A DNA stretch of 64,000 nucleotides from Thermoanaerobaculia bacterium (GCA_963816185.1 CAWFJJ010000001.1:32001-96000), one strand, 5' to 3'; positions 21,245 through 30,721 are shown, counted from the first letter of the stretch. Numbers and translations are program-made. The notes: a model not told the origin generated them from the letters alone.

Positions 21245-22548
21245 ACACCGCTCCCGCGATCAGCGCCGGGGACACCGCGTGGCTGCTCGGCTCGGCCGCG
21301 CTCGTCTTCCTGATGAGCCCGGGACTCGCGTTTTTCTACGCCGGACTCGTGAGGCGGAAGAACACGCTCAACACACTCATGATGACGTACGTCGCGATGG
21401 GCACGGGCGCGCTCGTCTGGATGGCCGCCGGCTACTCCCTCGCGTTCGCGCCCGGGTCGCCTTTCGTCGGCGGCCTGAGGTGGCTCGGGCTCTCCGGCGT
21501 GGGCGGGACACCGGAGCCGGCCTATGCCGCCACCGTCCCTCACCTCGCCTTCTTCGCGTTCCAGGGCATGTTCGCGACGATCACTCCCGCCCTGATCTCG
21601 GGCGCGATCGTCGAGCGGATGAGCTTTCGCGCCTACGTGCTCTTCATCGGCCTCTGGAGCCTCGTCGTCTACGCGCCGGTCGCGCACTGGGTCTGGGGCA
21701 CGGGCGGCTTCGTGCGAGCCTGGGGGGCGCTCGACTTCGCCGGGGGAACGGTCGTGCACGTGACGGCGGGGACGGCGGCTCTCGTCGCCGCGACATTCCT
21801 CGGTCCGCGGCAGGACAACAAGCGCATCGCCCTGATCCCGCACAACGTTCCGTACGTGCTCCTCGGCTCGGGCCTCCTGTGGTTCGGCTGGTTCGGCTTC
21901 AACGCGGGCTCGGCCCTCGCGGCAAACGGGACCGCGGCCCTCGCGTTCGTCACGACGAACGCCGGCGCCGCGTCGGCCCTTCTCACATGGATCCTCCTCG
22001 AGAATTACTTCGGGGGCCACGCGACGGCGGTCGGCGCCGCGACGGGCGCGGTCGTCGGGCTCGTCGGCATCACGCCCGGGGCCGGGTTCGTGCCGCCGCT
22101 CGCCGCGGTCGCGATCGGCTCGCTCACGGCGCTCGCGAGCTTCAGCGCGCTTCGCCTGAGGGCGCGCACGTCGCTCGACGACACGCTCGACGTCTTCGCG
22201 TGCCACGGAATCGGCGGGATCACCGGCTCGATCCTGACCGGCGTCTTCGCGTCCAAGGCCGCGAATCCGGACGGCGGCAACGGCCTCCTCGCGGGAGGTG
22301 CGGCGCTTCTCGGTATCCAGGCGGGCGCGGTGGCGGTCGTATTTGCCTATACGGCAGCGGCCACGGCGGCCGTCGTCCTTCTCGTGAAGCTCGTGACGCC
22401 GCTGAGGATCGAGCTCCACGCGGAGCTCGAAGGCCTTGACCGGCAGGTGCACGGGGAGGAGGCCTACCGCGGCGGCAGCGCGGCGGGGGGCCTAGGGGAA
22501 TCCGTGATTCTGCTGCATTCCGAGCGAACCCGCGCCCACGAAAGCTAG
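21241..22548 (+). CDS. amtB: Ammonium transporter
   Basis: PGLAFFYAG, FQGMFA, SGAIVER, DFAGGTVVH, WFGWFGFNAGS and DDTLDVFACHG (twin His intact). Confidence 0.95.
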   Translation: MNTAPAISAGDTAWLLGSAALVFLMSPGLAFFYAGLVRRKNTLNTLMMTYVAMGTGALVWMAAGYSLAFAPGSPFVGGLRWLGLSGVGGTPEPAYAATVPHLAFFAFQGMFATITPALISGAIVERMSFRAYVLFIGLWSLVVYAPVAHWVWGTGGFVRAWGALDFAGGTVVHVTAGTAALVAATFLGPRQDNKRIALIPHNVPYVLLGSGLLWFGWFGFNAGSALAANGTAALAFVTTNAGAASALLTWILLENYFGGHATAVGAATGAVVGLVGITPGAGFVPPLAAVAIGSLTALASFSALRLRARTSLDDTLDVFACHGIGGITGSILTGVFASKAANPDGGNGLLAGGAALLGIQAGAVAVVFAYTAAATAAVVLLVKLVTPLRIELHAELEGLDRQVHGEEAYRGGSAAGGLGESVILLHSERTRAHES

Positions 22549-22556
22549 ACAGCGCG

Positions 22557-24062
22557 CTAGCCGGACGGCGCGGCGCGTCCCGTCAGCGCCGCGAGGCGCC
22601 GCAGGCGCGCGGCGAGGTCCGGCGAGAACGCGTCCCTCGTGGCGCGCCAGTCCCAGTTCGCGCCGATACGGCCCGGCATGTTCATGCGGCCCTCCGGGCC
22701 GAGGCTGAGGTAATCCTGCATCGGCGCGATCGCGCGGTCGGCGACGGACGCGAAGGCGGCGCGAATCAGGTCCCAGGCCGCATCGTCCCCCGACGTCCCG
22801 AGATAGTCGCGGAAGCGGGCCTTCGCGCCGTCGTCGAGCGCCGCGAACCACGAGCGGGACGTGTCGTTGTCGTGCGTGCCCGTGTAGACCACCATGTTGG
22901 GGATGTAACGGTGCGGCAGGTGCTCGCTGTCGGTCTCGCCGAAGCCGAATTGCAGGACCTTCATGCCGGGAAGGCCGAGGGTCTCGACGAGTTTGCGGAC
23001 GTCTTCCGTGAGAAGGCCGAGGTCCTCGGCGACGAGCGTGACGTCTCCGAGCGCGTGCTGGATCGCCATGAAGAGCATGAGACCGGGCCCGTTCACCCAC
23101 CGCCCGTCGCGCGCGGTGGCGGCGCCCGCGGGCACCTCCCAGTACGCCGAGAAGCCGCGGAAGTGGTCGAGGCGTACGACGTCCGCGAGCCGGAGGTTCA
23201 ATCGGATCCTCTCGATCCACCAGTCGTAGCCGTCCTCGGCGAGAACGTCCCAGCGATAGAGGGGATGGCCCCAGAGCTGCCCGTCGGCGCTGAAGTCGTC
23301 GGGCGGAACGCCCGCCGAAGACGTGGGACGCCCGTCCTCGCCGAGCACGAACAGCCGGCGGTGCGCCCACACGTCGGCGCTGTCGCATGCGACGTAGATG
23401 GGCAGGTCTCCCATCACCGAGATGTCGCGCGCGTTCGCCTCCGACTTCACACGCTGCCACTGCCGGAAGAAGAGGAACTGTGCGTACGTGTGAAACGCGA
23501 TCTCGCCCGCGAGCTCGGTCCGCGCGGCGGCGAGGGCCGCTTCCTCTCGCGTCGCGAGCGCGGAATCCCATGCCGTCCAGGGCCGCCCGGCGTTTCTCTC
23601 CCGCAGGGCGGCGAAGAGAGCCCAGTCGGAAAGCCACGCGGCGTTCGAGGAGGCTTCTGCGAATCGCGCGACCTCGTCGAGGATGCGCCCGCCGAGAGAC
23701 TTCGCGTGGCGGAACGAGTCCTCGAGAAGGCGCCGTCGAAACGGCACGACGCGCTCCCAGTCCACGCGCCCCTCGGGGAACTCCGGCGCGCCGTCGAGGG
23801 CGCCGGGAGGGAGGAGACCTTCCTCGACGAGCCACTCGGGCGAGATGAGAAGCGGATCGCCCGCGAAGGCCGAGAGCCCGTCGTAAGGCGAATGGTGCGG
23901 TCCCGTGGGTCCGGGAGGCAGGACCTGCCAGAGCCTGAGCCCCGCTTGTGCCGCCCAGTCCAGGAAGGCATCGGCGGCAGGGCCGAGATCTCCCACGCCG
24001 AACCGCGAGGGTAGCGACGTCGGGTGCAGGAGCACGCCGGCTTGTCGCGTGGGTCGGGTCAT
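22557..24062 (-). CDS. malQ: 4-alpha-glucanotransferase (GH77)
   Basis: GVLLHPTSLP, GDLPIYV, GVPPDDFSADGQLWG, RLDHFRG, AEDLG and YTGTHDNDT. Confidence 0.93.
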   Translation of the reverse strand: MTRPTRQAGVLLHPTSLPSRFGVGDLGPAADAFLDWAAQAGLRLWQVLPPGPTGPHHSPYDGLSAFAGDPLLISPEWLVEEGLLPPGALDGAPEFPEGRVDWERVVPFRRRLLEDSFRHAKSLGGRILDEVARFAEASSNAAWLSDWALFAALRERNAGRPWTAWDSALATREEAALAAARTELAGEIAFHTYAQFLFFRQWQRVKSEANARDISVMGDLPIYVACDSADVWAHRRLFVLGEDGRPTSSAGVPPDDFSADGQLWGHPLYRWDVLAEDGYDWWIERIRLNLRLADVVRLDHFRGFSAYWEVPAGAATARDGRWVNGPGLMLFMAIQHALGDVTLVAEDLGLLTEDVRKLVETLGLPGMKVLQFGFGETDSEHLPHRYIPNMVVYTGTHDNDTSRSWFAALDDGAKARFRDYLGTSGDDAAWDLIRAAFASVADRAIAPMQDYLSLGPEGRMNMPGRIGANWDWRATRDAFSPDLAARLRRLAALTGRAAPSG

Positions 24063-24082
24063 TCACGGGATGCTATCCCGGC

Positions 24083-24098
24083 GGGCATGCTTCTTGAG
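24083..24098 (+). promoter_or_regulatory. Putative sigma54 (-24/-12) promoter of first pilin
   Basis: GGGCAT-GCTTC-TTGAG, 33 nt before the ATG at 24132. Confidence 0.5.
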
Positions 24099-24131
24099 TA
24101 CGTACCCGGAATCGAGCGATCGAGAGGGAGA

Positions 24132-24617
24132 ATGACGAGACGCCGGGGATTTACGCTCATCGAGCTCTTGATCGTCGTGGCGATCATCGGGATCATCGTC
24201 GCGATCTCAATCGTGAACATGATCAACGTGATTCAGCGCGCCAAGCAGAAGCGCTCGATGGCGGACATGAAGAGCCTCGCCACGGCCATCGAGGCGTACG
24301 CGACCGACCGGGACTTCTACCCGGCGGCGGCGGGCTTCACGTTGCCTTCGGGGCTCTCGCTGCCGACCGGCACCGTCGGAACGGTCTCCGCCTCGCTCAC
24401 CCCGACGTATCTGAGGGTGACGCCGCTCGTGGACGGCTGGAGCTCGTATTTCACGTACGGAACGAACGCCGCGCGCAACGACTACGCTCTCCGGTCGGGG
24501 GGCGCCGACGGGGCGCTCGAGACGACTCCGGTCTGGGGCATAACGACCAATTTCAACGCCGACATCATCCTCGTGGACGGCACATTCACGCAGTATCCGG
24601 AGGGCGTCCAGAAGTGA
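24132..24617 (+). CDS. Type IV pilin / GspG-like prepilin (copy 1)
   Basis: Class III signal RRRG|FTLIELLIVVAIIG; C-terminal DGW...Y...YALRSGGADG...ADI. Confidence 0.88.
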   Translation: MTRRRGFTLIELLIVVAIIGIIVAISIVNMINVIQRAKQKRSMADMKSLATAIEAYATDRDFYPAAAGFTLPSGLSLPTGTVGTVSASLTPTYLRVTPLVDGWSSYFTYGTNAARNDYALRSGGADGALETTPVWGITTNFNADIILVDGTFTQYPEGVQK

Positions 24618-24744
24618 GCAGCGCGGCGACGGGCCGACAAACGGTGGCCCGGCCTCCCCGCCTCCTCCGACAAAATTTCGTCGCCCGCCCGGCGTTCGGA
24701 CCCGATTCGTGCCCGAACCAGTCGGATTCCGGCTCTGGAGCCCG

Positions 24745-24760
24745 CGGCACGCGTCTTGAA
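24745..24760 (+). promoter_or_regulatory. Putative sigma54 promoter of second (likely major) pilin
   Basis: CGGCAC-GCGTC-TTGAA, 30 nt before the ATG; strong AGGAGG RBS. Upstream repeated CCGACAAA (24634, 24667) and the dyad CGAC-N8-GTCG are candidate activator sites. Confidence 0.6.
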
Positions 24761-24790
24761 AGCAGATCGGCACATTAGGAGGTTCATCTC

Positions 24791-25303
24791 ATGAAGAAGA
24801 GGAACAAAAAGGGCTTCACCCTCATCGAGCTTCTGATCGTCGTCGCAATCATCGGCATCATCGTCGCGATCGCCATTCCGAACCTGCTGAACGCCATCCA
24901 GCGTGCGAAGCAGAAGAGGACGATGGGCGACATGCGGTCTGCGGGTACCGCCGCGGAGGCGTATGCCGTCGATTTCAACCACTACCCGGCGGCCGCGGGT
25001 TACACGCTTCCCTCGGGGCTCACCACATTCCCTCCGACCTCGAGTTTCGGCGCACCGGGCACGGGCTTCAACGGACAAGTCGTGCCGACCTACATCCGCC
25101 TCCTGCCCTTGACGGACGGCTGGAATTCGTTCTTCCTTTACGTCGCCGGCACCACCCAGCAGGACTACGCCATCTCGTCGAACGGCAGAGACGGCGCTTC
25201 ACAGGGCGGCTCAGCCCCCTGGGGCGAGACGACGAACTTCAACGACGACATCATCTTCGTCGACGGCCAGTTCGCTCAGTACCCCGCGGGCGCGCAGAAC
25301 TAA
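24791..25303 (+). CDS. Likely major type IV pilin, GspG-like C-terminus (copy 2)
   Basis: KKG|FTLIELLIVVAIIGIIVAIAIP; DGWNSFFLY...YAISSNGRDG...NDDI; has its own promoter, RBS and terminator. Confidence 0.9.
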   Translation: MKKRNKKGFTLIELLIVVAIIGIIVAIAIPNLLNAIQRAKQKRTMGDMRSAGTAAEAYAVDFNHYPAAAGYTLPSGLTTFPPTSSFGAPGTGFNGQVVPTYIRLLPLTDGWNSFFLYVAGTTQQDYAISSNGRDGASQGGSAPWGETTNFNDDIIFVDGQFAQYPAGAQN

Positions 25304-25329
25304 ACGTCCTCCCTCTGCAAGCCCGATCC

Positions 25330-25361
25330 AAGAGCCCCCGAGACGGGGGCTCTTTTCTTTT
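25330..25361 (+). terminator. Rho-independent terminator after major pilin
   Basis: AAGAGCCCCCG-AGA-CGGGGGCTCTT followed by TTCTTTT. Confidence 0.88.
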
Positions 25362-25381
25362 CCAGGCCTAGAATTGCCGCG

Positions 25382-27670
25382 GTGCTAGGCCGCGGGACGA
25401 CGGGACGGACGGCGCTCCTGGGCGGCGCCATGGGGCTCGTGTTCGCGAGCCTCCTTCTCCTCCCCTGCGCCTTCTCGGGTGGCGTGCCGGCTCGCGGTGA
25501 TCTCGCCGACTTCTTCTGGCCGATGAAGACCTACACGGCCGCGCGCTGGGCCTCGGGGGTGCCGCTCTGGAATCCGCTCTCGGGATGCGGCGAGCCATGG
25601 CTCGCCCAGCTTCAGTCCGGAGTTTTCAACCCGGGAGACCTGCCATTCCTGCTGACCGGCGCCTGGGGTCCGCTGCTCGGCATCGCTCTTCACATCATGA
25701 TCGCGTCCTCCGGAATGGCGGCCTGGCTTTCCGGCATCGGTACGTCTCGCGCCGCCGCCCTTCTCGGCGCCGGTGTCTTCGCGGGAGGAGGCTGCTTTCT
25801 CTCGCTCGCGCTCGTCTACAACAACTTCGAGACGGCAGCCTTCCTGCCGTGGCTGTTCCTGGCGGCACGGCATGCGGCGCGAGGCGGTTCCCTGGCAGGG
25901 CTTGGCGTCGCCTTCGCTCTCGCATTCCTGGGCGGCGAGCCGGCGCTGGCCGCCGTTGGCGCCGGGTCCGCAGCCCTTGTCGCCTTTGCCACGCGAGGCG
26001 ACGAGGCCGGCTCCAGGCCCCGGGGCCTTCGCGGCGCCTCGCGCCTTGCCGGAGGACTCGTCCTCGGCGCGGGCCTCGCGGCGGCCACGGCGGTTCCCTT
26101 TCTCGAATACGCCGCATCCGCCGGCCGGCTCACGGGCGTGACGAAGAAGGAGGCGCTCGCGCGGCCGGTCGGGTCCTCGGACCTCGTCGACCTCGTTCTT
26201 CCTCCGTCCGACGCGCTCCTTTTCCGCCCGTCCGAAGGCCGCGGGGGTTACCTCACGACGCTCGCTCTGTCTCCGCTCGTTCTCGTGCTCGCGGCGGGCG
26301 CGGGCGCGGGCCTCGCGGCGCGCCCCCGCCTCCTCGTCGCGCTTGCGAGCCTCTCGTTCGCGGGCGTTCTCCTGTCCCTCGGGGCGCGCGGAGGGCTGCT
26401 CCCGATCCTCTGGGACGTGGGACTTGCGAGAGGTGTGCGGTTTCCCGCGCGCTGGTTCGTCTTGACGCATCTCGCCCTCGCGGGCCTCGCGGGCGCCGGC
26501 CTCGACGGCTGGCTGCACGGGCGGTTTTTCCGCTGGCCGAAGGGCCGTGCGCCCGAGGATGGCGCGGAGGCGTCGCCCTCCGTCATTTCGCGCCTCGCGC
26601 CGGCGGGGCTCTTCGGCGTATCTGCCGCGGCGCTCCTCGGCGCCGGGGCGGCGACGGGCCGTCTGACCGGCCTCCCCGCGTGGACGGCTCTTCTCGCGGC
26701 CGGAGTCGGCGCGGTGCTTCTCGCGTTCGCGCGCGCCGCCGGACGGCCAGGTCCCTGGCTCCAGGGCGTCCTTCTCGTCGTGGTCCTGGCGCCGCCTCTT
26801 CTCGCGTCCGTGAACGTGTTTGCACCGGCGCGCCTCGCGCGTCCGCCATCCGCCGTGACGGAGCTGGCCGGGGCACCGGGGCGGGTGTTTCCGGTGGTCT
26901 CGGACGCGCCTTTGCTCGCGGCGCTCGTCCGCGAAACCGGCGGAGAGTGGGGCGGCGCGTCCGGCGCGAACGCCCGCGCGGCTCTTTCGGGCTACACGAA
27001 CCTGCCGCTAGGCCTCTCCTCGGCGGCCTCACCGTCGCCGATCGGGAATCCGCGGCGCACGCGTCTCCTCGGCGCGGCGCTTTCGGGAGGAGACGCGGAG
27101 ACCATCCTCGCGCTCGTGGATGTGCGCCACGTCGTGTCTCCTTTTCCGACGACGATCCGAGGCGCGCGGCTTGAACGGCGGGAAGCGGGCGTTCTCGTCT
27201 ACGCTCTTTCCCGGACCCTGGGACGCGTCTTTTTCGCGCGATCGGCCCGTGAAGCGGACGATGAAGCGGTGTTTCGCGCGCTTGCCGCGCCGGACTTCGA
27301 CCCGGAGTCGGTCGTGCTTCTCGCTCCGCCCGCCGGATCCCTGCCGTCGCCGCGCGGGGGGCGGGGCTTCTCGGTTGCACGTGTCGTCCGGGACGAGCCG
27401 GAGGCTCTGACGGTGGACACAGAGGCCTCGGAAAGCGGCTATCTCGTCCTCACGCGCTCGTATGACAGCGGGTGGAAGGCGCGTCTGGACGGAGCCGGTG
27501 TCCCGCTTCGTCGCGCGGACCTCGCCCTCTCGGCCGTCCTCGTTCCCGCGGGCGCCCACAGGCTCGAGCTCGCGTACCGGCCCGCTGCGTTTCGAGCCGG
27601 CGCGATTCTCTCCCTGGCCTCCCTCGTCGTCCTTGCCGGTCTCCTCCTCGCGGGACAGAGGCCGCCATGA
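25382..27670 (+). CDS. YfhO-family multi-pass membrane protein (putative GT-C glycosyltransferase)
   Basis: N-terminal D...F.P...PLWNP...G.P.LA..Q, RFPAR, and C-terminal GYLVLTRSYDSGWKARLDG...PAGAHRLELAYRP typical of YfhO. Confidence 0.8.
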   Translation: MLGRGTTGRTALLGGAMGLVFASLLLLPCAFSGGVPARGDLADFFWPMKTYTAARWASGVPLWNPLSGCGEPWLAQLQSGVFNPGDLPFLLTGAWGPLLGIALHIMIASSGMAAWLSGIGTSRAAALLGAGVFAGGGCFLSLALVYNNFETAAFLPWLFLAARHAARGGSLAGLGVAFALAFLGGEPALAAVGAGSAALVAFATRGDEAGSRPRGLRGASRLAGGLVLGAGLAAATAVPFLEYAASAGRLTGVTKKEALARPVGSSDLVDLVLPPSDALLFRPSEGRGGYLTTLALSPLVLVLAAGAGAGLAARPRLLVALASLSFAGVLLSLGARGGLLPILWDVGLARGVRFPARWFVLTHLALAGLAGAGLDGWLHGRFFRWPKGRAPEDGAEASPSVISRLAPAGLFGVSAAALLGAGAATGRLTGLPAWTALLAAGVGAVLLAFARAAGRPGPWLQGVLLVVVLAPPLLASVNVFAPARLARPPSAVTELAGAPGRVFPVVSDAPLLAALVRETGGEWGGASGANARAALSGYTNLPLGLSSAASPSPIGNPRRTRLLGAALSGGDAETILALVDVRHVVSPFPTTIRGARLERREAGVLVYALSRTLGRVFFARSAREADDEAVFRALAAPDFDPESVVLLAPPAGSLPSPRGGRGFSVARVVRDEPEALTVDTEASESGYLVLTRSYDSGWKARLDGAGVPLRRADLALSAVLVPAGAHRLELAYRPAAFRAGAILSLASLVVLAGLLLAGQRPP

Positions 27671-28845
27671 CCGCGGCCGATGGCATCCTCTTGGGCCTGT
27701 TCTTCGCGACGGGCGCCGTCGTGGGCTCCTTCGCAAACGTGTGCATCCACCGCCTGCCGCGTGGAGACTCGGTGGTCCACCCGGGGTCGCACTGCCCGGT
27801 CTGCGGAACGCCCATCGCGTTCTACGACAACGTGCCGATCGTGTCCTGGCTCGCGCTGCGCGGCCGCTGCCGCCGGTGCCGTGCTTTCATTCGTATCCGA
27901 TACCCGGCCGTCGAGCTGCTCGTCGCCCTCCTCTTTCTCGCGGCGGGCCTCCTGTACGGGCCCACTCTCGTCGCAGCCTCCGCGGCCCTCCTCTCGGCGG
28001 CCTGCGTCATTCTCGCGGCCACCGACCTCGAGGCGCGCACGCTGCCCGACGAGGTGACGTTCTCGACCCTCGGGTGCGGCCTCGTCCTGGCGGCTCTTCG
28101 CGACCGCGCGGCCCGTGTCTGGGATCGTCCGTTCGGGTTCCCGTTCGTCGAGAGCCATCTCCTCGAGGCGCTCTTGGGCGCTCTCTTGGGCGCGATCTTT
28201 CTCGAAGGCGTCAGGCGCGCCTACGCGAGGCTGCGCGGCCAGGAAGGGATGGGAGGCGGCGATGTGAAGATGCTCGCGATGGCGGGTGCGTTCACGGGAC
28301 CGGCGGGAGTCTTTTTCACGCTCTTTTTCGCTTCTGTCGCGGGCACGGCCGTGGCGGGCGGAGCGGCGCTCGTGCGAGCCCTGCGATGGTCTCTCGAGGC
28401 GAGGCGCGCCCGCCGCTCGTCTTCCGCGGCCCGTGCGGTCGCCGCGCGCGCCGGAATCCTCGTGAGCGAGGACGGCCGCGTCCTTTCGGCCTCTGGTCGA
28501 TTCCGTGAGATCCCGGGAGCCGCGGCCGAGGGAACGCGATTCACGGCTGACGCGAACGCGGCAGGCCGCCTGCTCGCGTTCGTTCGTCTTGCCCGGAGAC
28601 GGGCGCGGCACGGCGCGCGGACGGCGAGCGGACGCCTCGCTCTCGACGACGGCGCGGACTTTTTCCGGGTTCTCGCGGCCCGCGCCGAGGCGACGCCGGC
28701 CGGGCTCCTCGTTCTCCTCGCCCGCGCCGACGTGCCATTCGGCGTGTTTCTCGCGTGCGGAGCGCTCGGGGCGTTCGTCGCCGGGCGGTCCCTGTGGGAG
28801 GCGCTCGCCGCGGGCGTGCCGTGGATCCCGAGGCTTCTGCCGTGA
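27667..28845 (+). CDS. pilD: Prepilin peptidase / N-methyltransferase with large insertion
   Basis: GSFANVCIHRLP, SHCPVC...CRRC Zn motif, catalytic D (ATDLE) and GMGGGDVK, terminal VPFGVFL; about 110 extra residues before VPFG. Confidence 0.9.
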   Translation: MTAADGILLGLFFATGAVVGSFANVCIHRLPRGDSVVHPGSHCPVCGTPIAFYDNVPIVSWLALRGRCRRCRAFIRIRYPAVELLVALLFLAAGLLYGPTLVAASAALLSAACVILAATDLEARTLPDEVTFSTLGCGLVLAALRDRAARVWDRPFGFPFVESHLLEALLGALLGAIFLEGVRRAYARLRGQEGMGGGDVKMLAMAGAFTGPAGVFFTLFFASVAGTAVAGGAALVRALRWSLEARRARRSSSAARAVAARAGILVSEDGRVLSASGRFREIPGAAAEGTRFTADANAAGRLLAFVRLARRRARHGARTASGRLALDDGADFFRVLAARAEATPAGLLVLLARADVPFGVFLACGALGAFVAGRSLWEALAAGVPWIPRLLP

Positions 28846-30674
28846 CGGATCGGGCGTTCGAGCGCGAGGTCCGCAACGTGATCGTGGGCGGCCTCGCGAC
28901 GCTGCTCTTCCTCGCCGGGACCGCCGTCGTCGTCCTCAGGAACACGGTCGAGTGGGGTGTGGGCGAGAACCTGCGGCGCCTGACGGTCGAGACGCGCGCG
29001 ATCGCGGACCGCCTCGGAAGGGCACCCGATCCCGAGGCGGCGCTCGCGTCGGATGAGGCTGTGGCGCGCCTCTTCCGCGACGTGAACGCGCGCAGCGCCG
29101 CGCTTTACGACCTGAAGGGCCGGCGCGTCGCCGACGCCCCGTTCCTGCCGGACGCGGGGCTCGCTCCCGTGACGGCGATGTCGGCCGCCGATCTGCCTTC
29201 CAGCGAGGCGCTCGTCGGGGCCGGGGACGGCGCTCCCCCGACGATCTCCGTGATCTTGCCCGGAGGGGCGCGAATCCTGCGGGTCGTGTGGGACGGCACA
29301 TCGATCGCGGAGGCGCGCCGCAACGCCCGCATCCTCTCGATCGCGGTGCCCGCGGCCGCGCTCGTGCTCGTCCTTCTCGTCGTGCCGTTCCTGAAGCGCC
29401 TTCTCGGGCCGATCGACGCGCTCACGCAGGCGGCGCGGGGCGCCGGCGGTCTCGTCCCTCCCGTGGGCGCGGGCGGCGACGAAGCCGAGACGGCGATTGC
29501 GACGTTTCAGCGCACGGTCGAGGAGCTGAAGAAACGCACGAACGAGCTGGAAGGCCTCCGCAGCTCCGAAAAGCGACGCGCCGACGTCCTCGCGGTCACG
29601 GCCGACACTCTCGTGAGGTCACATCCCGGCGGGCTCGTGGTCGTGGACGCGGCCGACCGACTTACACAGGCGAACGGCCCCGCCCGTGAGCTCCTTGGTC
29701 TCGCAGAGGACGAGCTCGGCACGGCGGCCGCGGAGGCCGCGGTCGATGCGGTGCCCGCGATCCGCGAGGCGGCGCGGGAGGCGTGCGCCGGCACGCCGAC
29801 GCTCTCGAAGGAGATCGCGCTCGGAGAGGGGCCGGACGCGCGCCTCGTCGAGCTCACGGCCGTTCCGATCCTGGATCCCTCGAAGGCGGTTCTGGGCGTC
29901 CTTCTTTTCCTCGAGGACCGCACGACGACGCGGCGCCTCGAGCGCGAGCTGTCGTCCCGGCGCGAGCTGGCGGCGCTCGGCGAGATGTCGGCGGGCATCG
30001 CGCACGAGTTCCGAAACGCGACGGGGACGATTCTCGGCTGGGCGCGCCTCGCTGCGAAGACCGAGGATCCTGCGGCGCGCTCCCGGCAGCTCGAGGCGAT
30101 CCAGGCCGAAGCCGAGCACGTCGCGCGCGTGACGGGCGATTTTCTCTTCTTCGGCCGGCCCGAGCGGCTCGAAGCGGGATCGTGCGACCTCCGCGCTCTC
30201 GCGCTCGAGATTGCCGACGAGCAGCGCACGCTGACGCCCGGAGTCTCGGTCGAGGTGGCGGGGACGTTCGCGGCCGCGTTCGCGGACGCCGCTCTCGTGC
30301 GCCGCGCGCTCGTGAACCTCGTGAAGAACGCGTGCGAGGCGGCGGCGGCGGGCCCGCGCGCGGGCCGCGTCGCGCTGCGCGGCGAAGGCGAAGCCGCCGG
30401 GTTCGTCAGAATCGCAGTCGAGGACGACGGCTCGGGCGTGCCCGACGAGGCCGCGGCGAAGCTGTTCGTTCCGTTCTTCTCGACGAAGGATACGGGGACG
30501 GGCCTCGGCCTCGCGATGGTCGCGAAGATCGTCACGCTCCACGGCGGAACGGTCTCGGTGGGGCGGTCGACGACCCTGCAAGGCGCGCGGTTCGCGCTCG
30601 AGTTCCCGGCCGCGGCCCCGAAAACTCGGCCGAATGCCGTGAGTGGCGAGAGACCCGGGCCGGACCCGGCGTAG
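28842..30674 (+). CDS. Sensor histidine kinase (2 TM, HAMP, PAS, HisKA, HATPase), PilS-like
   Basis: GLVVVDAADRLTQAN (PAS), AHEFRN, NLVKNA, DDGSG, PFFSTK and GTGLGL; coupled to pilD by GTGA. Confidence 0.88.
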   Translation: MTDRAFEREVRNVIVGGLATLLFLAGTAVVVLRNTVEWGVGENLRRLTVETRAIADRLGRAPDPEAALASDEAVARLFRDVNARSAALYDLKGRRVADAPFLPDAGLAPVTAMSAADLPSSEALVGAGDGAPPTISVILPGGARILRVVWDGTSIAEARRNARILSIAVPAAALVLVLLVVPFLKRLLGPIDALTQAARGAGGLVPPVGAGGDEAETAIATFQRTVEELKKRTNELEGLRSSEKRRADVLAVTADTLVRSHPGGLVVVDAADRLTQANGPARELLGLAEDELGTAAAEAAVDAVPAIREAAREACAGTPTLSKEIALGEGPDARLVELTAVPILDPSKAVLGVLLFLEDRTTTRRLERELSSRRELAALGEMSAGIAHEFRNATGTILGWARLAAKTEDPAARSRQLEAIQAEAEHVARVTGDFLFFGRPERLEAGSCDLRALALEIADEQRTLTPGVSVEVAGTFAAAFADAALVRRALVNLVKNACEAAAAGPRAGRVALRGEGEAAGFVRIAVEDDGSGVPDEAAAKLFVPFFSTKDTGTGLGLAMVAKIVTLHGGTVSVGRSTTLQGARFALEFPAAAPKTRPNAVSGERPGPDPA

Positions 30675-30721
30675 GCGGGGGGTTGCCGCGGTCCGACCCG
30701 AGGGACAGGCTGCCGGCGCTA

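Noticed and set aside
24791-25303. Electrically conductive (e-pilin) candidate, about 19 aromatics in 162 mature residues
   Set aside because: There is no aromatic residue between F1 and Y50, so it lacks the N-terminal helix aromatics of Geobacter-type e-pilins.
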